Shown piece by piece: positions 24,771 to 32,000 of a DNA stretch of 32,000 nucleotides. A program made the position numbers and the translations under genes. The stretch is from Vulcanisaeta distributa DSM 14429 (GTDB taxonomy: Archaea > Thermoproteota > Thermoprotei > Thermoproteales > Thermocladiaceae), in NCBI RefSeq assembly GCF_000148385.1, contig NC_014537.1:2100001-2132000 (forward strand), given 5' to 3'. The notes beneath the pieces are model-generated. The model was not told the DNA's origin and made no database searches. It worked only from the letters and a program-made list of their open reading frames with translations. Position 1 is the stretch's first letter; every line of letters begins with the position of its first letter.

Positions 24771-24880
24771 TTAATTCTTCATCACATTAACTAAAACCCC
24801 TTAATAAATATTCGTCGCCAACGCGAAATCTTAATTGTTAGTATTAAATATTGATATTACATTGGTATTGCTTGAGTAGT

Positions 24881-25420
24881 ATGTCGGTTAATACGGGAGG
24901 CATTCAGGACTATGTGCGGTACGTATACATAATGTCGCTAGTGTCTGCCCTGGCCATGGCTATTGCCGTGGATTACGTACTTACTGAGTTGTGGATTTAC
25001 GGTACTGCGGACTTAACAATACTTGTGATAACGCCTGTGTTTATGTTTATGCTCTCGATGCTTATTATCTCATCAATAACTATGATCAAGCAATTAAGGG
25101 GTAGCTTCGGCAGGCTATCGTCTAAGGCTAAGGCGCTTATGATAACGTACATCGCATTCTTCATGATAGCGTTGATATACTTCACCTACATATCGATAAT
25201 TCATTATGCAGGTCTAGGGCTTACGATCTCAGACCCACAGTTGGTTGGCGATCATTACCTCGGCTTTGGGCTTGCACTTTATGATGCAGGTTTGTTGACC
25301 ACTTCATGGCAACTCGTTGAGGATTTATTAAACAATAAGTTATCATCATTGTATAAGTTCTTTATTATGATGTTCAAGTCTCATTCGAACGATGACGATG
25401 ATACGATCATTATTAAGTAA
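24881..25420 (+). CDS. Hypothetical integral membrane protein with an acidic C-terminus
   Basis: 179 aa from ATG at 24881 (the track start is TTG at 24851). About 4-5 hydrophobic helices. Ends in NDDDDTIIIK. No family recognised. Confidence 0.5.
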   Translation: MSVNTGGIQDYVRYVYIMSLVSALAMAIAVDYVLTELWIYGTADLTILVITPVFMFMLSMLIISSITMIKQLRGSFGRLSSKAKALMITYIAFFMIALIYFTYISIIHYAGLGLTISDPQLVGDHYLGFGLALYDAGLLTTSWQLVEDLLNNKLSSLYKFFIMMFKSHSNDDDDTIIIK

Positions 25421-25493
25421 AAATCCTAAGTTGGTATTACGTAGGTTACGGAATAGCATGATTTTAAAAATAGGTAATGCGAAAAACTAACGT

Positions 25494-25829
25494 ATGCGCG
25501 TTGCTGGTTTGGTGGCTGATTTACTCATGAGGACCTGTAACGCGAGTTCCGTGGAGAGACAGTCATTTATTGATGGGTCTAGGTACATGATTCGATTTAG
25601 TGATAATCACAATATGGAGGTGCACCTGGTGGATAAGGGTGAAAGGCTTTTTGCTGAGTTCTGGGTCAATACGTATGCAACACCCCTAATGATAATTGAG
25701 TACGTATACACGGACATAAAGCCATCGAGTATTTGCGAGGAGATTTGCGAACTAATACGTATAATTAATGAATCATTGATGAAGCAGGGTGAAAAGGGTA
25801 ATAGAAATCAAGCCATTCAACCTAAATAA
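25494..25829 (+). CDS. Hypothetical protein (111 aa)
   Basis: ATG with ttttaaaaata about 25 nt upstream (leaderless-type promoter). Soluble composition. No family recognised. Confidence 0.45.
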   Translation: MRVAGLVADLLMRTCNASSVERQSFIDGSRYMIRFSDNHNMEVHLVDKGERLFAEFWVNTYATPLMIIEYVYTDIKPSSICEEICELIRIINESLMKQGEKGNRNQAIQPK

Positions 25830-26161
25830 TCAAGTATCCCACCCTTCCTACCCGTGGTTGTGACCTCCGTACCAGGTGACAAGTCATTAGCTAATATCCT
25901 TATCAAGTCACTCCAGGCTAGCGTATTTCTGATTGCCCAATCAATTAATTCCTGGGTATGGTTACTTAGTATTGAAAGGAACTTCTGCCAATTAATGCCT
26001 ATCCTAGCTAATTCCCTGCTCCAATGTTCCCATAAATACCTCGCAACCTCATTACCAAACCATACGGAGAAGGAGTCGCAGCCAGGCCCAGTGCATACAC
26101 TCCTTCTCTTCACTATCCTATCTTTAATGTCCCTGGGTTCAGGTGGTATCGGGAGTGCCAT
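25817..26161 (-). CDS. Hypothetical protein (114 aa), Trp-rich helical, downstream of rio1
   Basis: Preferred over the fully overlapping plus-strand ORF 25854..26171, because its composition is protein-like whereas the plus-strand translation is Ser/Leu-rich antisense-type. Co-directional with the Rio kinase gene. Confidence 0.45.
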   Translation of the reverse strand: MALPIPPEPRDIKDRIVKRRSVCTGPGCDSFSVWFGNEVARYLWEHWSRELARIGINWQKFLSILSNHTQELIDWAIRNTLAWSDLIRILANDLSPGTEVTTTGRKGGILDYLG

Positions 26162-26233
26162 TAATACCTAATACTACGTTGGAAATGAGCATTATATTAA
26201 GCTACTGCCCAGGTATTACGGTTCAAACTCCAC

Positions 26234-27109
26234 TCATACGTTCGTCAAATCATCAATTATCCTCTTATCATTTATTAATAACCATCCATCCTCATCACTC
26301 TTCACATCACCCCTATACTCATACCTACGCAGTAGGGCGTTAAGTAATGCCTTACCATCAAGTGTCTTAACATGGAGTTCCTTATTGAAGTACCTATTAA
26401 TATTCTCGATATCCCTAAGTAGGAACTCAACGGCGTTTGGGTGGTTCGTCTTTACGGCACTGCCCCAATCAATAATCACCAATTCATCACCAGTATTGAC
26501 AATATTAAACTCACTTAGATCTGCGTGGATTATCCTACCCAAAATGAATGCCTTCTCTATGTACTTAATTATCGTTAGGTAGGCAGACTCAGGATCCTCT
26601 GGTGGTGCGTCCTTAATCAACGGTGCCGGCACACCACTAACTCCCCTGTAACTTATGAATTCCATCACCAGGATATTCCTATTGAAGGTTATTGGCTTAG
26701 GCACCCTAACACCTGCATTATAGGCATCACCCAAATTACTGAACTCCTTCCTGCACCAATACTCAATGAGCTTCCTAGTATTCGTAATCTTAACGCCAGT
26801 AAATCGCGGATCGCCAAGTAAGTACTTATACCTACCCCTAATGAACTGGGCTGTGGATGTATAGAATATTTTTAGGGCTATGTCAGTACCATCGGGCGCC
26901 TTAGCCCATATTACCTTAGCCTCCTTACCCTGCGCGACTGGTCCATAAACCTCATCAACAACGCGCCTATTCATTAGCTCCCTTAGGGCGTCTATTGTGT
27001 ATTGATTAAATACATCATCAACGGTCTTTAATTGATCAACATCCTTTATCCTAAACCTCCTACTCTCCACTCTCTCCCGAATAATCCTGTCAATGTCGTG
27101 AGTACCCAC
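26234..27109 (-). CDS. rio1: RIO-type serine/threonine protein kinase (Rio1-like)
   Basis: 291 aa with a GTG start. Motifs: VFNQYTIDALRELMNRRVVDEVYGPVAQGKEAKV (RIO N-terminal helix plus STGKEA-type P-loop), LVMEFI hinge, catalytic IIHADLSEFNIV, and metal-binding IIDWGSAV. Confidence 0.9.
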   Translation of the reverse strand: MGTHDIDRIIRERVESRRFRIKDVDQLKTVDDVFNQYTIDALRELMNRRVVDEVYGPVAQGKEAKVIWAKAPDGTDIALKIFYTSTAQFIRGRYKYLLGDPRFTGVKITNTRKLIEYWCRKEFSNLGDAYNAGVRVPKPITFNRNILVMEFISYRGVSGVPAPLIKDAPPEDPESAYLTIIKYIEKAFILGRIIHADLSEFNIVNTGDELVIIDWGSAVKTNHPNAVEFLLRDIENINRYFNKELHVKTLDGKALLNALLRRYEYRGDVKSDEDGWLLINDKRIIDDLTNV

Positions 27110-27312
27110 TGAGGTAATGAATAATGCAGCACTTTATATATCAGTTTAGTCCATAAGATTCGTTTTGCTTACTTTCATGGAAAATATTCTAATGAATTCA
27201 ATAAATAAGAATGAATTAAAATGTATGCAAAAGGCTAGAGTTAGTAGGTATTGTACGATTGAAGAAGAAAAAAGATTTAAAAGTATTTCTAATGAAAAAC
27301 AATTTAGGAAAT

Positions 27313-27651
27313 ATGGCTTTAGTTCAGCAAGACGAAACATGGTTCATGCGTAGGCTCGTTAACCTCCACAAGATGAAGAGACCAATTGGTAAGATTATCG
27401 TTAATCCAGACCTCTGCAAGGATTGCAAGTTCTGCATTGAGTTCTGCCCTAACGGGGTTCTTGAGGAGTCTAAGGACGTTAATTTCAAGGGTTATCACTA
27501 CCCAGTTATTAAACCAGGTAAGGAACTTGACTGTGTAGCTTGCAGAATGTGTGAGAAGGTTTGCCCTGACTTCGCAATCACTGTTGTCTCCGAGGAGTAC
27601 ATAACGTACGATAAGTACTACGGGGTGAGTAGGCATGCCCACGGTGGCTGA
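27313..27651 (+). CDS. 2-oxoacid:ferredoxin oxidoreductase delta subunit (2x[4Fe-4S] ferredoxin-like)
   Basis: Two cluster motifs, CKDCKFCIEFCP and CVACRMCEKVCP. Overlaps the alpha-subunit start by 17 nt. The start is uncertain: ATG at 27313, 27346 or 27373, while the track ORF begins at 27259 inside the AT-rich promoter region. Confidence 0.75.
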   Translation: MALVQQDETWFMRRLVNLHKMKRPIGKIIVNPDLCKDCKFCIEFCPNGVLEESKDVNFKGYHYPVIKPGKELDCVACRMCEKVCPDFAITVVSEEYITYDKYYGVSRHAHGG

Positions 27652-28816
27652 GCTCTATAAGAAGGACCTGGATAAACTGTTAAGGCCCGGCATTCACTTC
27701 CTAGACGGCAATACAGCGGTTGCTGAGGGTGCGATAACCGCTGGTTGCAGGTTTTACGCTGGTTACCCAATAACCCCATCAAATGAGATAGCGGAGTACA
27801 TGTCGTATAGGCTACCGCAGGTTGGTGGTAAGTTCATACAGATGGAGGACGAGATAGGCAGTATAATGGCCGTGCTCGGAGCGTCAGCGGCGGGGGTTAA
27901 ATCAATGACCGCGACATCGGGCCCAGGCTTCTCACTAATGCAGGAGGAGATTGGGCTTGGCTCAATGCTCGAGATACCGGCGGTAATAGTTGACGTAATG
28001 AGGGCCGGCCCATCAACTGGAATACCAACATTGCTTGGGCAGGGTGATATACTTCAGGCTAAGTATGGCTCACATGGTGATTACGAGATAGTGGCCTACT
28101 TACCCGCCAACCCTCAGGAGGCCTTTGACTTCACGATAAAGGCGTTCAACATGGCTGAGAAGTACAGGGTCATCGCCATCGTACTCTCTGATCAATTAGT
28201 TGGGCATATGTATGGTAAGGTTAGAGTCCCTGAGTTTGATGAAATAGAGATTATCGAGAGGCCGAAGCCCACGGTACCCCCAGACCAGTACTTGCCCTAT
28301 GATAGCAGGTACCTGGTGCCTCCAATGGCAATAGCGGGTACTGGTTATAGGGTTAACAATGAGTCATTGACACACACTGATAAGGGATACCCAACAACCG
28401 ATAAGGATGCATCATTCAAGTTGGTGATGAGGCTTGTCCGTAAAATTAGGGAGAATGAGAAGGAGATAGCTGAGTGGGAGGAGTACATGCTTGATGATGC
28501 GGAGTACGTTATTGTATCCTACGGCTCAACATCAGGTTCTGTGAGAAGGGCGATAAAAGTGTTGAGGACGCAGGGTTATAGGGTCGGCATGCTCAGGCCG
28601 AAGACCGCGTGGCCATTCCCTGGTTGGGTCGTGGAGAACCTAGTCTCTAGGGGTGTTCAGAAGTTCATAACCGTGGAGGTGAACATGGGGAAGATGTACC
28701 ACGTGGTTAGGGAATTCTCTAGGGGTGTTCCTGTGGAGCATATACCCTACGCCCCCGGTTATATCCCTGACCCTGATTATGTGGTAAACAATGTGAAGAA
28801 GGTGATCGAAGGATGA
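27635..28816 (+). CDS. 2-oxoacid:ferredoxin oxidoreductase alpha subunit
   Basis: 393 aa. GNTAVAEGAITAGCRFYAGYPITPSNEIAEYM is the canonical PorA/KorA/VorA N-terminus. Substrate specificity cannot be told from sequence reading. Confidence 0.9.
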   Translation: MPTVAELYKKDLDKLLRPGIHFLDGNTAVAEGAITAGCRFYAGYPITPSNEIAEYMSYRLPQVGGKFIQMEDEIGSIMAVLGASAAGVKSMTATSGPGFSLMQEEIGLGSMLEIPAVIVDVMRAGPSTGIPTLLGQGDILQAKYGSHGDYEIVAYLPANPQEAFDFTIKAFNMAEKYRVIAIVLSDQLVGHMYGKVRVPEFDEIEIIERPKPTVPPDQYLPYDSRYLVPPMAIAGTGYRVNNESLTHTDKGYPTTDKDASFKLVMRLVRKIRENEKEIAEWEEYMLDDAEYVIVSYGSTSGSVRRAIKVLRTQGYRVGMLRPKTAWPFPGWVVENLVSRGVQKFITVEVNMGKMYHVVREFSRGVPVEHIPYAPGYIPDPDYVVNNVKKVIEG

Positions 28817-29649
28817 GCATGGAGGCCGAAGTAACAACCACCGGTATTAAGGTGGAGCTGCCCAAGTCTTATGAGGATATTAAGGACTTAATAAGGATCG
28901 ATAGGCTACCACACATTTGGTGCCCTGGCTGTGGCTTAGGAATCCTACTAAAGTTATTGGCTAGGGCTATAAAGAATTCGGGGATACCCATTGAGAAGCA
29001 CGTGATAGTCACAGGCATAGGCTGCACGGGTAGGATTGGTGGATACCTAAAGCTTGATGCGTACCACGTAACCCATGGTAGGGCCATACCCTTTGCCGTT
29101 GGGCTAAAGATGGCGAATCCAGAGCTTGAGGTAACCGTGGTCGGCGGTGACGGTGACATCCTCGCCATTGGTGGTAACCACTTCATACATGCGGCTAGGA
29201 GGAATGACGACATTAACGTAATAATAGTAAACAACTTCATATACGGAATGACAGGTGGTCAGTACAGCCCAACCACGCCTAAGGGTGCCAAGACGACTAC
29301 ATCCCCATATGGCCATTACGAGAATCCATTCAACGTACCATTACTGGCGTATGCCGCGGGAGCCTCATACGTGGCTAGGTGGACGGTTCTTCATCAGAAT
29401 GAGCTTTATCAATCTCTCCTCGAGATGTTTAAGGTTAAGGGTTTCGCAGTAATTGAGGTATTATCACCCTGCATTATCTATACCGATAGAAATGCCATGG
29501 GTGATGCTGTTGATTTAATGAAGGTACTAAAAGAGAGACCTGTGATAGATCATAACGCAAACTTAGCTGATCTAGACATTGACTTTAGCATGAGGAAGAT
29601 TATCCTGGGAAATTTTGTGAAAAGGGAGAGACCAGTATCGTATGGATAG
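28813..29649 (+). CDS. 2-oxoacid:ferredoxin oxidoreductase beta subunit (TPP-binding)
   Basis: 278 aa. Contains WCPGCGLG, GIGC and the TPP motif GGDGD...GGNH..A.RRN. ATGA start/stop overlap with the alpha subunit. Confidence 0.9.
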   Translation: MSMEAEVTTTGIKVELPKSYEDIKDLIRIDRLPHIWCPGCGLGILLKLLARAIKNSGIPIEKHVIVTGIGCTGRIGGYLKLDAYHVTHGRAIPFAVGLKMANPELEVTVVGGDGDILAIGGNHFIHAARRNDDINVIIVNNFIYGMTGGQYSPTTPKGAKTTTSPYGHYENPFNVPLLAYAAGASYVARWTVLHQNELYQSLLEMFKVKGFAVIEVLSPCIIYTDRNAMGDAVDLMKVLKERPVIDHNANLADLDIDFSMRKIILGNFVKRERPVSYG

Positions 29650-29760
29650 TGATCATGGATTTTAAACGTTTTTCTTATAGTTACGTATAATTTAAAATAA
29701 TTTTTGTCAAATTAGAATAAGATTTATTAAGGTTTCATAATTATTTATCAATAGAAAAAT

Positions 29761-30351
29761 ATGCAACAACAGCTCGACCAAATACGTATCAGGCTTATGG
29801 GGCTTGGCGGTCATGGCATAGTCTTTGCTGGTAGGCTCCTTGGTATGGCAGCGGCAATGGGAGGTCTTGATTCAGTGCTGACAATAACGTACAGCCCTGA
29901 GCAGAGGGGTGGTTGGTCTAGGGCTGACCTTATAATAGCTAAGGAGATGGTTGATTACCCACTCGTTGATGAGGCCGATATATTCCTCGCAACTACACAG
30001 CAGGCATTTAGTTTAGAGTTTAAACGTCTTCGTAAAGGCGGCGTGTTCATTTATGAGAGCACAATCTATAAACCGTCAATTCCAGATGCAAACGACTATT
30101 TAGTAATTCCGGTACCCGCCACAGAAATTGCGGAGAACGTGACCGGCAGGAGATTGACTATGAACGTGGTTTTAGTGGGTGTCATAACGGCCGTTCTTGA
30201 GCCGTTATTGAAAGAGGAGCACATAATTAACGCAATAAGGAATATGACTAGGAGGGCCGGTAAGCTCGATGCCTCGATTCAGGAAATGAACATAAAGGCG
30301 TTTCAGGCAGGTCTTGATTACGGTAGGAAGTACTTACAGGGGTTAAGGTGA
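29761..30351 (+). CDS. 2-oxoacid:ferredoxin oxidoreductase gamma subunit
   Basis: 196 aa. IRLMGLGGHGIVFAGRLLGMAA matches the GxGGQG-type gamma-subunit N-terminus. Separated from the beta subunit by a 111-bp AT-rich spacer, and followed 4 nt later by hdrA. Confidence 0.8.
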   Translation: MQQQLDQIRIRLMGLGGHGIVFAGRLLGMAAAMGGLDSVLTITYSPEQRGGWSRADLIIAKEMVDYPLVDEADIFLATTQQAFSLEFKRLRKGGVFIYESTIYKPSIPDANDYLVIPVPATEIAENVTGRRLTMNVVLVGVITAVLEPLLKEEHIINAIRNMTRRAGKLDASIQEMNIKAFQAGLDYGRKYLQGLR

Positions 30352-30355
30352 TTTG

Positions 30356-32000
30356 ATGCCGACCAATAGAATACTTATCCTGGGCGGTGGTATTGCTGGT
30401 ATTGAAGCTGCACTGGCCTTAGCTAACATGGGTTATAGGGTTACGCTTGTTGAGAAGTCCCCGGCCATCGGCGGTAAGATGGCAATGCTCGACAAGACAT
30501 TCCCAACCCTCGACTGCTCAATATGCATAGAAGGACCATTAATAAGTGATGTTGCGAGGCACCCATACATTGAATTGCTCGCCCCCGCTGAATTACTTGA
30601 CTTAACAGGGTCGCCAGGCGATTTTAAGGCTAGGATACTTGTTAAACCAAGGTACGTGACTGACGACTGTACTAAGTGTGGTCAATGCGAGGATGTATGT
30701 CCTGTGATTGTCCCTAGTGAATTCGAAGCAGGTATTGGTGCCAGGAAGGCGATATACCTACCATTTCCACAGGCCGAGCCAGGAATATACATGCTCGACA
30801 TCGATCACTGCTTGAATAAGCCACCGAATTACTTCCCATGTGATAGGTGTGCCAAGGCTTGCGATAGGAACGCCATAATATACACGATGATGCCTAAGGT
30901 CATAGAGCGTGATGTTGCTGCCGTAATTGTATCAACAGGCTTCGACTTAGAGAAGGGCGATATACTTGGGGAGTATGGTTACGGTAGGTACATGGACGTA
31001 GTTACGTCGCTTGAGTTCGAGAGATTGGTTAACGCATCGGGACCCTCAAGCGGTGTCGTTATTAAACCGAGCACTGGTGAGGAGCCGGAGAATATACTTC
31101 TTGTGTCCTGTGTTGGTTCAAGAAATAATAGATATAATGATTATTGCTCCGGGTTCTGTTGCACATACCTGCTTAAGCAGGGTATATACGCTAAGGTACT
31201 TCATGGCATTAAAAATGTGACTATAATGTACATGAATGATGTTAGGACATATGGTAAGGGTTTCGAAAGCTTCTTCGACAGAGCACTTAAGGAGGGTATA
31301 AACATTGTTTGGGGTAGGCCTGAAGTCCTTGGCGAGAGGAATGGTAAGATCGTTGTTAGGTTCGAGGATACGAGGAATAAGAAGGTCGTTGTAAATGAGT
31401 ATGACATGGTCGTACTAGCGCCCTCCGTAAAGCCTGTGGGCGATATGAATAAGTTAAGTAAAATACTAAATATATCATTAAATAGGGTTGGTTTCGTAAA
31501 GACCGACCCAGCTAACCCAACATTAACGACGAGGCCTGGAATCTTTGTAGCCGGTTCAGCGAGTGGCCCTAGGGATATTTCGGAGTCCGTGGTTACCGGG
31601 TTAGCCGCTGCGGTGCAGGCGATTAGGTATGCAAGCCCTGGGGTGATTGAGGAGGAGAAGTATGAGGAGACCATAGAGCCATACCCAATTAGGGTCGGGG
31701 TCTTCGTCTGTCATTGTGGTACGAACATAGCTGGTGTCGCTGACGTACCCGCATTAGTGGAGGCTGCTAAACAAATGCCTGACGTAGTTCATGCAGAGGA
31801 TCTCCAATTTGCATGTGCGAAATCATCACTAGATAGGATAACCCAGGTGATTAAGGAGAAGAAATTGAATAGGGTAGTCGTTGCATCATGTTCGCCAGTC
31901 ACGCACTTGAGGTTTTTCCAGGATTCTGCGAGGAGGGCTGGTCTTAATCCGTATCTCGTGGAGATGACGAACATTAGGAACCTGGATACGTGGGTCCATA
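30356..32000 (+). CDS. hdrA: Heterodisulfide reductase subunit A-like flavo-iron-sulfur protein (HdrA), 3'-truncated by the window edge
   Basis: Not in the supplied track because there is no stop in the window. My translation from ATG at 30356 stays open for 548 codons: MPTNRILILGGGIAGIEAALALA (FAD fold), LDKTFPTLDCSICIEGP, CTKCGQCEDVCP, VSCVGSRN...YCSGFCC, GIFVAGSASGPRDISESV, VFVCHCGTNIAG, VVASCSPVTH, NIRNLDTWVH. These are all hallmark HdrA motifs. Confidence 0.9.
   Translation, partial: MPTNRILILGGGIAGIEAALALANMGYRVTLVEKSPAIGGKMAMLDKTFPTLDCSICIEGPLISDVARHPYIELLAPAELLDLTGSPGDFKARILVKPRYVTDDCTKCGQCEDVCPVIVPSEFEAGIGARKAIYLPFPQAEPGIYMLDIDHCLNKPPNYFPCDRCAKACDRNAIIYTMMPKVIERDVAAVIVSTGFDLEKGDILGEYGYGRYMDVVTSLEFERLVNASGPSSGVVIKPSTGEEPENILLVSCVGSRNNRYNDYCSGFCCTYLLKQGIYAKVLHGIKNVTIMYMNDVRTYGKGFESFFDRALKEGINIVWGRPEVLGERNGKIVVRFEDTRNKKVVVNEYDMVVLAPSVKPVGDMNKLSKILNISLNRVGFVKTDPANPTLTTRPGIFVAGSASGPRDISESVVTGLAAAVQAIRYASPGVIEEEKYEETIEPYPIRVGVFVCHCGTNIAGVADVPALVEAAKQMPDVVHAEDLQFACAKSSLDRITQVIKEKKLNRVVVASCSPVTHLRFFQDSARRAGLNPYLVEMTNIRNLDTWVH

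Noticed and set aside
21165-24774. Several plus-strand ORFs of 67-135 aa inside the reverse gyrase gene (21165..21572, 21883..22161, 21992..22216, 22257..22643, 22876..23079, 23371..23622, 23923..24318, 24418..24774)
   Set aside because: All lie fully antisense to a 1263-aa ORF that carries every reverse gyrase hallmark motif. Their translations are Ser/Leu/Pro/Thr-rich and low in complexity, as is typical of antisense frames.
25854-26171. Plus-strand 105-aa ORF overlapping the minus-strand 114-aa ORF
   Set aside because: Only one of the pair can reasonably be real. The plus-strand product is Ser/Leu-rich with no charged-residue periodicity. The minus-strand product looks like a soluble helical protein and is co-directional with rio1. 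Confidence in either is still modest.
27146-27353. Small ORFs 27146..27340 (-) and 27165..27353 (+), and the 5' part of track ORF 27259..27651
   Set aside because: They lie in the very AT-rich divergent promoter region between rio1 and the OFOR operon. Their Lys/Asn/Phe/Ile-rich translations reflect AT bias rather than coding.
31201-31974. Minus-strand ORFs 31201..31674 (157 aa) and 31789..31974 (61 aa), plus the plus-strand ORF 31011..31220
   Set aside because: They overlap the open hdrA reading frame (30356 to the window end), which shows many HdrA signature motifs. The antisense and off-frame translations have no motifs and a biased composition.
1-32000. Checked by eye for CRISPR arrays, rRNA genes, IS elements and long tandem repeats
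   Set aside because: No regularly spaced direct repeats, no rRNA-like conserved blocks and no transposase-like ORFs or terminal inverted repeats were seen. Repetition is limited to short low-complexity codon runs, such as the poly-Glu tail of the KaiC-like protein and VETKPKVETK in the RNR linker.

Overview
Gene-dense archaeal chromosome segment. It most likely comes from a hyperthermophilic crenarchaeon, possibly Thermoproteales-like; the taxon is inference only. Support for this: a reverse gyrase gene, a tRNA with an anticodon-loop intron, AT-rich spacers, and TATA-like boxes about 22-30 nt upstream of many start codons, which suggests leaderless mRNAs.

Recognisable housekeeping content:
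- MFS transporter
- Fur-like regulator, rubrerythrin and a DUF3501-like gene in one cluster
- thiolase
- small HTH protein
- KaiC-like ATPase
- tRNA-Gly(UCC)
- TtuA/Ncs6-type tRNA thiolase with an extra N-terminal ThiS-like domain
- SixA-like phosphatase
- zinc-ribbon protein
- class II ribonucleotide reductase with an ATP-cone
- reverse gyrase
- Rio1 kinase
- four-subunit 2-oxoacid:ferredoxin oxidoreductase (order delta-alpha-beta, gap, gamma)
- HdrA gene running off the 3' edge, absent from the supplied ORF track because it has no stop in the window

The most interesting region is the minus-strand block at about 5.9-13.1 kb. It is a type IV pilus-like (FlaI/TadA-type) secretion and assembly locus containing:
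- two proteins with class III (prepilin) signal peptides
- two large membrane-anchored ORFan proteins, one very rich in N-glycosylation sequons
- a FlaJ/TadC-like platform protein
- a secretion ATPase
- a tightly coupled ParA/MinD-type ATPase
- two small overlapping ORFans

A KaiC-like ATPase flanks the block on one side. Two divergently transcribed ORFans and the tRNA flank it on the other. No CRISPR array, rRNA, transposase or integrase was seen. All functional calls come from reading motifs in the translations; no database search was run.
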